From: Malacoraja senta
Taxonomy: Eukaryota
DNA length: 64,000 nucleotides
Direction of reading: 5' to 3'
Assembly (NCBI GenBank): GCA_038087875.1
Contig: JAXLNO010000456.1
Span: 1 to 64,000 of the forward strand
The position numbers were made by a program, and so were the translations under genes. Below, in pieces: positions 1 to 10,019 of the stretch; position 1 is the first letter of the stretch; each line of letters begins with the position of its first letter. The notes beneath the pieces were generated by a model, which did no database searches, was not told the origin of the DNA, and saw only the letters and a program-made list of their open reading frames with translations.

Positions 1-3000
1 AACCTGCCTAAGTTGTTCAAATAGTTTCTTGGCAAACTTGTCCCGGTTCACTTCCCTGAGCTGTCCCTCTGTTAGGGCTGGGACCATAACGTGCATAGGC
101 GTTCTCATGACCCGGCCCGTCATAAGCTCATGGGGAGAGTACCCCGTACTCCTGGACTGGCTGGCCCGAATCCCCATAAGGACCAGGGGTAAAACCTCCA
201 TCCACTGGTTGGGTGAGTCCCTGTTTCCTTCCTTATCCTTTTCCTTTATTGTCCGGTTCAACCGCTCTACCGGACCTGAGGACTGGGGGTGATAGGCCAC
301 ATGCCACTTGGCCTTGATGCCCAGAATTCTAAGGGTGGACTGCATGACCTGTCCTGTGAAATGGCTCCCCTGATCTGACTCCACGAACTGTGGGAGTCCC
401 CCACCTGGTGAAGACCTCCCTAACCAGGATTTTTGCCGTACCCATAGCGGTGGCTGCTCTGCAAGGAAGGCCTCTACCCATTTTGAGAACACATCCACAA
501 GGACTAAGCAGTACTTGTAACCCCTTGAGCGGTTGGAAGGGGTCCGATGTAGTCGATTTGAATCGACTGCCATGGCCCCTCCACCCTCCCGATGTGTCCC
601 ATGGAACCTTCCTTTTCTGGGGGTCTGGGTTGTTTGCTGCGCAAACCAGACAGCTTGCACAAAAGTCGCGAACGTCTTCCCTGAGCCCTGGCCACCATCC
701 TGCCATCTCTACTCGCTGCCATGTGGTCTCCGGCCCGGGGTGACCTGCCCCTGGACCCTCATGGGCTAGTTTTAAAAATTCCCTTCTGCACAGGGAAGGC
801 ACGACCCACTTATCTCCTTGAATAACATGCCTTCCTTTACTGACATGTCTTTACCCCCATACGGTCCCTCTATTTTCTCCTGCCTGCAAATGGCTGCTGA
901 GGCAGCCTTTAAAATGGGGTCTTGTGCCTGGACCATGGTCAGGTCCGGGGCCAATACCACTCCCGCACTCTCCTTTTCTCGAGGCTGCTCCCTGGCTGCA
1001 GCTACCTGTCCTTCCACTCCTGGCTCCTTCCCTGGCCAAGCAATCCGCTCTCTGATTTCCCTCGCCCCGTGGCTCCGTTTTGGAATGGGCCTTCACCTTA
1101 TGGATATATCTATCCCCGCCCTTCCCTACGGCTGCTACAATCCTCTCTAATAGGGGTTTAGTGGTCAGGGGCTTCCCGTCCAATGAGGTGTACCCTCGGC
1201 GGGACCAGATGGCCAGATATTCCGTGCAGGAATTGCATGTGAACATGCTGTCCGAACATATGGTGTATGGAGTGGGAAACGCTCAGGATGGGTCACCACG
1301 TACATTACCGCCGCCAGCTCGGCCTGCTGGGCGCTTAACGTATGTGGGAGTTTAAGAGCTAGGGCTATCTCTGCCTCGGGGTCCCAGATCCCACAGCCCG
1401 TGAGCCGTATGCCCTCGGACACGAAACTGGACCCGTCCACGTATATTTCCCTACCCGTGGGATGTAACCCTGCTCTAAGCCCAAAGTCCACCTCCCATAC
1501 CCCTTCCCACCGAGCAATGGTGTGGCTCCCCTGGGTACACCAAATTGGCTGCGAGCTTGGGCTCGCATAGCCTCTCAACCCGTAAGGCCATTTGGGAAAG
1601 GAGAAGGGTCCAGCGAGTGATCCTCGCACTGCTAACGGTCCATCCTTAATCCGACCTCCAGCAACATCTGGGTTGGGGTATGGTAGGTCAGGAGGGTTAT
1701 GGGGGACATTCTTATGAAGACCTGTACCCTCTTCATTGCCCAGTATGTGACTGGCAGGTGCCGCTCACAGTTTGAATAGGACCTTTCTACCTCTGTGAGG
1801 ACTCTGGAGGAATACACCACTGGCCTTAACTTGCCGTGCCGTTCCTGGAAGGAGCACTGCGCTCAGGCCATCGCTGCTTGCGGCTACCTCCAGGAAAAAT
1901 TCCTCCCTGTAGTCAATGGCTCCCAGAGCTGGGGCCTTCTGCAGGTCCCGCTTCAAATGGACGAATGCCGACTCGCACTGCTCATCCCACTCCCACTCTA
2001 CCCCTTTGCGTAGCAGCCGGTGCAGAGGTGTTGCGGTCGCGGCATAGTCCTCTATAAAGTCTCGGCAGTAGCCCGTGACTCCCAGAAATGATCTTACCCC
2101 CCCCACGTCCGTTGGGACTGGGAGCTCCTGCACTGCCTGCCTTCTTGCTGTATCGATACCCCTTTCTCCGGCCCTAAGGGTCAGTCCCAAGAACTTTACC
2201 TCTTGTAACCCTATCTGTGCCTTCTGGGATTTATTTTTTAAACCGCTCTTACAGAGCAGCTCCAGCAGTTCATTTACTAGGGACCCATGTTCCTCACTGG
2301 TGTCCGTGAATAGCAAAATATCGTCCACATACTGGACGATCTTGTGGGGCTCACTAAATTCCTTTAAACATTCCGCCATACATTGGTGGAAAATGCTGGG
2401 GCTATTGTGGAACCCTTGGGGAAGACAGTTCCACGTGTACTGCTGCCCCTTGAATGTGAAGCAAATTTGTACTGGTCTTCCTTCCTGACCGGGATAGACC
2501 AGAAACCGTTCGAGATGTCTAGCACCGTAAAATACAGATGCAGACGCTGGAATTTCCGCTAATAGGTCTGCTACAGCTGCCACAGTTGGTGCGCAAGCCG
2601 GAATATTCTTATTCAGGACCCTATAATCTACCGTGGCCCTCCAGGAATTGTCTGGCTTCCGTACAGGCCAGAGCGGTGAGTTCACGTGGGTGGCTATGGG
2701 CCTCAAAACGCCTTGCTTAACCAGTGAACTCAGGGCGACTTCTAAGTCAGCCTCCGCTTCTCGGGGAAAACTATACTGTTTCTGCGGTCGGGACATGGGA
2801 TCCCCGTCTATCCTGACCTCTGTTCCTGTGACCCTTCCACAGTCGTGCTTGTGAGTAGCGAATGCGGCCAAATTTCGCTTAACATGGCCTTGATACTCTG
2901 TCGGGGTCTGCCTCACTAGGACCTCTAGATCGTACCCCTCTCTGGGCTTCATGACACACAGAGCCCCTCTCTCTGATGCCCTCTCGATGACCATTACCTC

Positions 3001-3406
3001 CTTCTCTCTCTCAGCCCCTTCTCCTGCTATGCCCCACAAACAGTGGTTCCTCAGGTCCCACTAGGACCTGGTGGGCCACTATAAAGTCGGTGCCTAGTAT
3101 CCCCTTTCCCTCCTGCTCCCAACTCATCAGGACGCATTTCCACTGCGCCTGGAGTGCTCCTAAGTGAATGGACAAGGGAACAGAGAAAAACCCCGTCTTC
3201 TCGTTTCCCGTAAAACCGACAAGACTATAGGGTACCCCACTAGATAGAGGGGATGTACGGGGATTGTCCATGTGGACAATAGTACTGGAAGCACCTGTGT
3301 CCAGCAGGTAACTCCCGACCACATCCTGGACCTCCATCTTGACCCAGGGTCTCCCACATGGGCCATACTCTAATGGGCATAGGAATGTGGGCTGTTTCGC
3401 TGGCGG
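1..3406 (-). CDS. pol: pro-pol (frameshifted): aspartic protease, RT, RNase H tether, RNase H, integrase
   Basis: YLLDTGAS; PQKQY, NSPLWPVRKPDNSWR, LPQGFHNSP, QYVDDILL; IYVDGS/AQQAEL/CSDS/KVKAH/GNQRAD; H-GH-C-C zinc finger, QIDYIGPLP, ESDQGSHF, HPQSSGPVER. Confidence 0.92.
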
Positions 3407-5204
3407 TCATAAAGGGGCCGGGGGTGCGGATACGGGCGCGCCCTGGCCTGTTGCCATGGCTACCTGTCCGGGCCCTCCCGGCCCTTTGACTGCAAATAGG
3501 TAATTAGATCTCTTACATCTATTGTTACCTCCGGGCTGGGTCTGCTGTTACCGGGGTCCTATCCCCCACTGCTCTACTTGGGTTTCTGCACTCCCTCTTG
3601 TAATGCCCGGGCTTCCCACACCCGTAGCACACCAGCCTCATCTCGGAAGAGGTCTGGCTGCCTTCCTGTTTCCACTGCCTCTTTTTGGGGGGTGCCGGTG
3701 CTATTTCGTGCACCTTGCCCTTAAAGGGCTTCTCCTCACTTCTCTCTCCATTGCGGTATGCAAGGGTGAGCTTCCTGATCACCTCCGCCTCGTTAAGGTT
3801 TGGGTCAGCTGGGTCGAACCAGTGCTCGGCCTTTGCCCTAACTCGCGGGAGGCAATTCGCCACCAGAGTCTTCAGCCAGTGAGCTGTTCTCCCATCTAAA
3901 TTCTGCCTATCTAAAGGCATCCCACACGCTCCCTCATACACTGCCCACAGCCTGTCTGCGAACATGTCCAGGGACTCAGCTACCTGCTGCTCCGTCTCCC
4001 CCACCCTGGTGAAAGGACTACCCTGATTCAACCCCATGGCCTCCAGAACTGCTGTCTGTGCCGCTACCCATGTTTCAGTCTTCCCCCTTCCCTGGAGGTC
4101 ACCGCCTTGCATAGGTGTGAATCTAGGGTCATCAGTAGCAGCTTTACCCGTTCTACCTCATCGCAATCGTTTATGTCGGCTGCCTGCTGCACCTCCATAA
4201 AATGCAATGACGGGTCTCCCGCCCTGGTTAACTTGGGAACCTGAGACCACCATCCCCCTCAGCACATGTGCCCCATGGGGAATGATGATATCACTCTCTA
4301 TGGGCCCCCTATCTGCCTGCCCTACCGGGGGACCATATTTCCTTTGCCGTAACGGGTACGCCTGCCCTACTCGGGGCTGTTGCCCCTTTACCCCCTGCTC
4401 TTCCACCATGATCGGTAACCCCACCACCTCGTGGTGTGCTACACATGGCGCGGAAGCCGCTAACTGAGGGTGCTCTCCCGCCCCTCCTTGGGCCTGTCCC
4501 TCCCCCGGACAACCCGAACCCCACCTGCCGACCCGGACCTATCCCCAGCGCCTCAGGAGGCGGTCTATTCCCCTTGGCCCTTAAAGAATCATCTGCTGAG
4601 GGAAGCCCTCTGCCCCCGGGGGACCCCCTTGGTCCTACCAGGTGAACCCGTCCCCTAGTCTTGGACAGAGTCTCCTCCAGCTGCGCTATCCTCGCTTGGC
4701 AAGGCCCTGATTACTGTCGCCTAGCTCGCTACGGGCCACCCTGTATGCTGCTTGTATATCCTGGAACTTTCCCTCCAGCTCCCTGCACTTCTGTATACTC
4801 TGAGCCAGGAGTTCCTGGGCGTTCCGTTCCCTCTCCTTTGCCTCTACCACCTGGCATTGGAGGAATTCCTGGGCATTTCTGTGGGACTCCCTCGCCTGCA
4901 AGATACACTGCCTGGCTTTACTGCATTCCTCAGATAGCCTTTCCCCTTCTCTAGCGCTTTCTTCAGCGCTGGCCCTAGCTTCTCTCAGTTGCTCTTCCAG
5001 TCTATCTACCTGTCTCTGCATTTTTGCTACCTGCTGTGATAGGCACGCTAGCCAAACTGCCTTTTCTTGCCCTTTGTTATACGCTTTGCTTTTCGTCCAT
5101 CGAGCAGCAGCTGCTGCAGGCTGCTGTGCGGTCAACAATGCTATCATCCATTGTTTGGTGAGATTGATTTTTTAAAATAGATAAGAGGAGATTCTCTCCT
5201 CCAT
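3407..5204 (-). CDS. gag: gag (frameshifted): N-terminal coiled-coil, capsid-like region, CX2CX4HX4C zinc knuckle
   Basis: ORF pieces 4686-5147, 4158-4427, 3525-4112; knuckle CYGCGKPGHYKREC; probable ATG 5204; ends at TGA 3409-3407. Confidence 0.75.
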
Positions 5205-5258
5205 CTTGCTACGTTCTCTCACCCCCCTCTGGCAAATCACATATTCCAAACCACCGAG

Positions 5259-5276
5259 GTCCTGCCATGGTCGCCA
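5259..5276 (-). promoter_or_regulatory. Primer-binding site (TGGCGACCATGGCAGGAC), tRNA-Ser-like
   Basis: TGG-initiated 18-mer 3 nt after LTR-terminal CA; resembles complements of tRNA-Ser 3' ends (TGGCG...GCAGGA), exact tRNA not established. Confidence 0.7.
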
Positions 5277-5279
5277 TTC

Positions 5280-6157
5280 TGTAGGGGTTTAGTGTTTCCC
5301 TTTATTATACAAAAGGGGTTCCCTAGGTTCTAGACCTCGAATTATGGTGGGATATGATAAAAAGGTTGAATTGACCAGAGTGTGCCGGTGAGAGAAAACA
5401 GAAACCAAGATGGACTCAAAGCAAGTCTAAAATTGACAGGCTTTATTAAACAATGGGAAATCGAATCTCACCAACACTACATAATACGTGACTAAACTTA
5501 TGCTTTAAACTAAGACTATGGACGGAAAACTATCGGTCACGTCGTGAAACTTACTTTAACACAATTTTACAAATACACCCCTTTCCCCTTCTTCTCTCAA
5601 CCTCTATCCTATTTTCGGGAACTTCACCAGGTCATCTGGGGTACTCACAGCTTAGGTTGATGCAGGCTCACGGGCTGTCCAGCAGAGCAGGAAGAGCAGG
5701 AAGAGAGAAAGAGTTCTGGCTGGACTTGGGTTTTATACCTGAGCTTCCTTTGAAACCCCCAGGTGGTCCTCTGGATAGAAGGGGTTCTTTTGATGTTTCC
5801 CAGTTTCGATCTGGCATGAACAATAGGCTTCCGATGATAAGGGGTTTGCTGATGTCATGATCCCTCAGCCTGATCGTTATCATCCCCGATGGTGATTGTG
5901 TTACTGCTGGCCTGTTTACCATCGTCTGCTGAGGCTTGGTTCCTTCCTTTGTGTATCCAAGAGAATCTCGTTATCTCCGTCTCAGCCTTTCTTGTCCACA
6001 TTATTCGCATAGTGTGTGATGCCCAATTCCACAGGCCAGACAGGTTTGTGGATTGGTTTTTTTTTTCCGTTGCAGCCAGCAAATTTGTCCTTTTAAAATA
6101 TCCATGTCCTTATCCGAGTTCTTCGATTTTTGGAGGATTTGCCCCCAATAACTTACA
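5280..6157 (-). repeat. Putative 5' LTR (~880 bp)
   Basis: Minus strand starts TGTAAG (6157) and ends CCCTACA (5280) just before the PBS; TATAAAA at 5737-5731 and AATAAA at 5447-5442. The outer boundary is inferred because the second LTR is not in the window. Confidence 0.65.
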
Positions 6158-6379
6158 CCAGTCCGCTCCCTCGCCTCTCTCTCTCGGCGACATCATGTCT
6201 GTATCAGCGCTGCCTTCCTGCTCTCGTTCACCACTTTAATGTCTCATCTTCCTCGCTGCCTGTTTCGAACCATCTCCCACTTTCACCTCTTCAACTCCGA
6301 CTCTTTCCTTCCCTTTCTCCGCTTCTCTGAATCCATGTCAGGGAAAAGGCGGGTGGCCAGAGTCCATTCCCAGCCAGCG

Positions 6380-6470
6380 GACTCCAGAGATGCTGCCTGG
6401 CCCGGTGTGTTACTCTAGCATTTTGTGTCTATCTTCGGTTAAACCAGCCTCTGCAGTTCCGTCTTACACA
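6380..6470 (+). mobile_element. Penelope-type terminal repeat fragment
   Basis: ccagagatgctgcc...ttttgtgtctatcttcggttaaaccagcctctgcagttcc; reverse complement of the arm at 6712-6830, related to 18741 and 30072. Confidence 0.55.
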
Positions 6471-6475
6471 GCGAG

Positions 6476-6690
6476 TTCTACCCTACACACGAGGGACATT
6501 TTAGAGGGCAAATAACCCACAAACCTCTAAGTCTTTGGAATGTAGACGGAAACCGCAGCTCCCGGAGGAACCAACGCGGCCACATTGAGAACGTATCAAC
6601 TCCGTACAGACAGCACCCGCAGTCACTATCGCACCCGCGTGTCTCGCGCTGTAAGGCGGGAACTCTACCGCTACGCCGCTGAGCCACCCA
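6476..6690 (-). mobile_element. tRNA-derived SINE (elasmobranch HE1/V-SINE-like), degenerate
   Basis: Minus strand GGTGGCTCAGCGG..AGCGGTAGAG..CCTTACAGCGC A-box-like head followed by GGTGCTGTCTGTACGGAGTT..GGTTTCC core. Confidence 0.65.
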
Positions 6691-6711
6691 AATTGGACTA
6701 GACCTTTTTAG

Positions 6712-6920
6712 GAAGGAACTGCAGATGCTGGTTTAAACCGAAGATAGACACAAAATGCCGGAGTAACTCGGAGGGACAGGCAGCATTTCTAGAGAGAAGG
6801 AATGGGTGACGTTTCGTGTCGAGGTCTCCGAAGGGTCTCGACCCGAAATGTCATCCATTCCCTCTCTCTGGAGATGCTGCCTGTCGCGCTGAGTTACTGC
6901 AGCATTTTTGTCTATCTTTG
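6712..6920. mobile_element. Inverted pair of Penelope-type terminal repeats (~200 bp palindrome)
   Basis: 6712-6825 is the reverse complement of about 6830-6920; centre GAAGGGTCTCGACCCGAAATGTCA. Confidence 0.65.
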
Positions 6921-7029
6921 GACGAGAAGTTTGATTTTATTGACGCATTAGGGCCACCGCCATTCCAACTGAGGCCTGTGATGAAATTTCGTTCATTGTG
7001 GTGCTGGTTCCCATCACCAGAGTGATGTC

Positions 7030-7290
7030 GCGCGGTCTGAAGAATTGTGCAGTTTCGCGACGTTTTTCTACCCCAATGATGGTGAGTTTCTGGAACGCGC
7101 TGCCAGGGATGGTGGTGGAGGCTGATACGAGACAGGCGGTGAAGAGATTTTTGGATAGGTACGTGAGTATGCAGGTAATTGAAGGATATAGATTATGTTC
7201 AAGCAGGTAAGAGTTGGTCTTGGCATCATATTCAGCACAGACACTGTGGGCCGAAGGGCTGCTCCTATGCGCACTGTTCTTTGTTCCATA
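7030..7290 (+). mobile_element. Degenerate CR1 3' fragment
   Basis: VSFWNALPGMVVEAD motif and gggccgaaggg..ctgtt tail. Confidence 0.55.
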
Positions 7291-7329
7291 CGGATTGTGT
7301 CTTCGTATTGTGGATATTCCGGGATATAA

Positions 7330-7683
7330 CCTGATACTCGAAGAAACCTCCACATAAGCGCTGTAGAATGTATCCTGACTGTTCGCATCATGGCCTGGTG
7401 CGGCATTTCCAACACACACGAGTTGCACTACCGCCTGCACTGCCATGGACGTGTTTATTTTTAATTGTGTTTTGCATTAAAACCTTATCTTCGGAGCAGT
7501 TTTTAATTTTGTTTTTACTAATTTGCAGAATTTATGTGTAATGTGGTTGTAATTTGCGTTTAATTTATATTTTGTGTTTCACTGAGTATTTGGGCGTGTG
7601 ATGCTGCTGAAACGGTGATGAGATTTTCATCGCAGCTGTTCATCGCAGTACTTGTGCAGATGACAATAAATCCGACTTGACTT
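7330..7683 (+). mobile_element. Degenerate Rex1/Babar 3' fragment
   Basis: cgctgtagaatgtatcctgact..catcatggcctgg similar to Rex1 ORF end; tail atgacaataaa..gacttgactt. Confidence 0.45.
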
Positions 7684-7684
7684 C

Positions 7685-8585
7685 ACAGTGTTAGCTGTGA
7701 GGAGGTTGCCAGGAGGCTGCTAGATGACTTGGATAGGCTGGGTGAGTGGGAAAATGCATGGCAGATGCGGTATAATGTGGATAAATGTGGGGGTATCCAC
7801 TTTGGTGGCAAAAACAGGAAAGTAGACTATTACCTGAATGGTGGCCGATTAGGAAAAGGGGAGATGCAACGAGACCTGGGTGTCATGGTACACCGGTCAT
7901 TGGAGGTAGGTATGCAGGTGCAGCAGGCAGTGAAGAAAGCGAATGGTATGGTAGCATTCGTAGCAAAGGGATTTGAGTATAGGAGCAGGGAGGTTCTACT
8001 GCAGTTGTACAGGGTCTTGGTGAGACCACACCTGGAGTATTGCATACAGTTTTGGTCTCCTAATCTGAGGAAGGACATTCTTGCCATAGAGGGAGTACAG
8101 AGAAGGTTCACCAGACTGATTCCTGGGATGTCAGGACTTTCATATGAAGAAAGACTAGATAGACTCGGCTTGTACTCGCTAGAATTTAGAAGATTGAGGG
8201 GGATCTTATAGAAACTTACAAAATTCTTAAGGGGTTGGACAGGCTAGATGCAGGAAGATTGTTCCCGATGTTGGGGAAGTCCAGAACAAGGGGTCATAGT
8301 TTAAGGACAAAGGGGTAATCTTTTAGGACTGAGATGATAAAAACATTTTTTACACAGAGAGTGGTGAATCTCTGGAATTCTCTGCCACAGAATGTAGTTG
8401 AGGCCAGTTCATTGGCTATATTTAAGATGTAGTTAGATGTGGCCCTTGTGGCTAAAGGGATCAGGGGGTATGGAGAGAAAGCAGGTACAGGATACTGAGT
8501 CAGCCATGATCATATTTAATGGCGGTGCAGGCTCGAAGGGCCGAATGGCCTACTCCTGCACCTATTTTCTATGTTTCTATGTTTC
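7685..8585 (+). mobile_element. CR1 LINE 3' fragment
   Basis: RT C-terminus (KANGM, RPHLEYC, QRRFTRLIP), 3' UTR gggccgaatggcctactcctgcacct, (ctatgttt)n tail. Confidence 0.92.
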
Positions 8586-8835
8586 ACTCTAAGTTTATAT
8601 TTAACCATCGTTTTACACCCCAGTTAGTTTCTTTTTAGGCCAGGTCATTTTCTGTCCTGCTCTAAACTGTCCCATAACATTCCCTGCGTTTACATTTACA
8701 TACCGGTCTGTTTAACATCTCACTAAACCCTCCACGGGTATTTGAGGTCAGGACACGTTTACCCTGAAAACATCGAGCAAATGTTCTGGAGACGGCAGGG
8801 TGCGCGGTGAACATGCGCAGATTCAGCAGCACCTC

Positions 8836-8846
8836 GAAACTGAAAG
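8836..8846 (+). promoter_or_regulatory. ISRE/IRF-binding-like motif upstream of TRIM-A
   Basis: GAAACTGAAAG fits GAAANNGAAA, ending 32 nt before ATG 8878. Confidence 0.5.
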
Positions 8847-8877
8847 CGTTTTGAACCGCGAGTTACTGGGAGTTAAA

Positions 8878-9288
8878 ATGGCTTCGAAACACCAGGTCGA
8901 GAGTTGGACTGAGGAGACAATTTGTGCCATCTGCCTGGATTTCTTCACCGATCCGGTGACACTGGAGTGTGGGCACAACTTCTGCCGCTCCTGTATCACA
9001 CAGAGTTGGGACAGGGAGGGGAGAAACTCCTGCCCGGAATGTAGAGAGGAGTTTGCAGACCGCAGCCTCAGGGTTAGTCGGGCCTTGGCGAGACTGTCTG
9101 AGAAAGCTCGAACACTGAGCCTGAATACGGGAGAGAAGGAAAGTAAACTTCACTGCGAGGAACATCAGGAAGAACTGAAGCTGTTTTGTGAAACTGACAA
9201 GAAACTGATCTGTGTGATTTGTGTAACTGCGCGGGAACACAAGTCTCACAGCTTCATATCGATTAAAGAAGCTGTTGAAATCTACAAG
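8878..9288 (+). pseudogene. TRIM-A exon 1 (RING + B-box)
   Basis: [39 protein letters not shown]...CPEC; B-box [23 protein letters not shown]...H..H; donor AAG|GTAAAA; 411 nt. Confidence 0.92.
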
Positions 9289-9371
9289 GTAAAAGCAAAC
9301 CGACTACAATCACTTGCTTGAATGTATAATTGAATGTTTATTGTCTAACCCCCTTTCTCTCTGATTCCCAG

Positions 9372-9467
9372 GATCAGGTTAAATGATCCATACAATCTCT
9401 GACAACAAATAAATCAGCCATCCAGGAAATGGAAGAGCAACAGAAGCAGAAGATTTCCCAAGACCGG
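9372..9467 (+). pseudogene. TRIM-A exon 2 (96 nt coiled-coil) with premature TGA at 9384-9386
   Basis: cag|GAT CAG GTT AAA TGA TCC ... CGG|gtgag; paralogue TRIM-B has TCT at this codon. Confidence 0.85.
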
Positions 9468-10019
9468 GTGAGACCTTGCTGTGTGGCATTTCTGTTTATG
9501 TTGTGTAGTTTTGTATTTTGGTTAATGCACTACAGCGTAGCGTGGCAGCAGTTAGTTGCGCTATTTTGCTGCTCCGGTGAATTCGGTTCGACCCTGAATT
9601 CTGGTATTGCCCAGGTGACGCTTCCATGTCCCCTTCCCCCCGTTCTCTACCACTCCCCTAGTACAACTCTCCCCCACCGCCCATCTCCCTCCCCTGGTAT
9701 AACTCTCCCCTTAAACACCCCTCCCGCCACAACGCCCTCCGATGGTACAACATCCCCCCCCCCCACTTCCTACCCTGGTACAACTCTCCCCTACCCCACC
9801 CCCTCCCCTAGTACAACTCTGTCCACTCCACACCACTAAACCTTTCACCTCCCCTGGCTCAACTCTCCTCTGCCCCTCTCCTGGAACAAGTCTGTCCTCC
9901 CACCACCACCGCCACCCCCAGGCATAACCCTGCCCTCCCACTCTCACACAAGTCTGCCCACCCCCCATGCCTCTTACAGTATAACTTAAGGGTAAACAAG
10001 CAAGGAAATTGTGTCATTT

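Larger units (their letters stand above)
1..6157 (-). mobile_element. Endogenous retrovirus-like LTR element (5' LTR-PBS-gag-pro-pol); truncated by window edge in integrase
   Basis: Minus-strand order LTR, PBS, gag with CCHC knuckle, protease LLDTGAS, RT YVDD, tether, RNase H, integrase HHCC and D,D(35)E. Confidence 0.93.

Noticed and set aside
1765..3039. Calling the provirus a foamy virus
   Set aside because: RT motifs are similar, but gag has a CCHC knuckle and appears in frame with pro through a stop codon, unlike spumaviruses
29..4954. Plus-strand ORFs overlapping gag/pol as antisense accessory genes
   Set aside because: Short shadow ORFs in GC-rich coding DNA with no recognisable motifs
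1..5204. Calling the element an ordinary Ty3/Gypsy retrotransposon
   Set aside because: Dead first RNase H plus intact second RNase H is atypical; cannot be excluded without a phylogeny
6590..6690. tRNA gene
   Set aside because: Degenerate tRNA-derived SINE head without a full cloverleaf
8800..8877. N-terminal extension of TRIM-A from GTG 8800 (and GTG 44604 for TRIM-B)
   Set aside because: Non-ATG starts from the ORF caller; paralogue alignment supports ATG 8878 and 44613
9620..9970. Pro/Thr-rich ORF continuation of 9429-9839
   Set aside because: C-rich low-complexity intronic tract beyond the exon 2 donor
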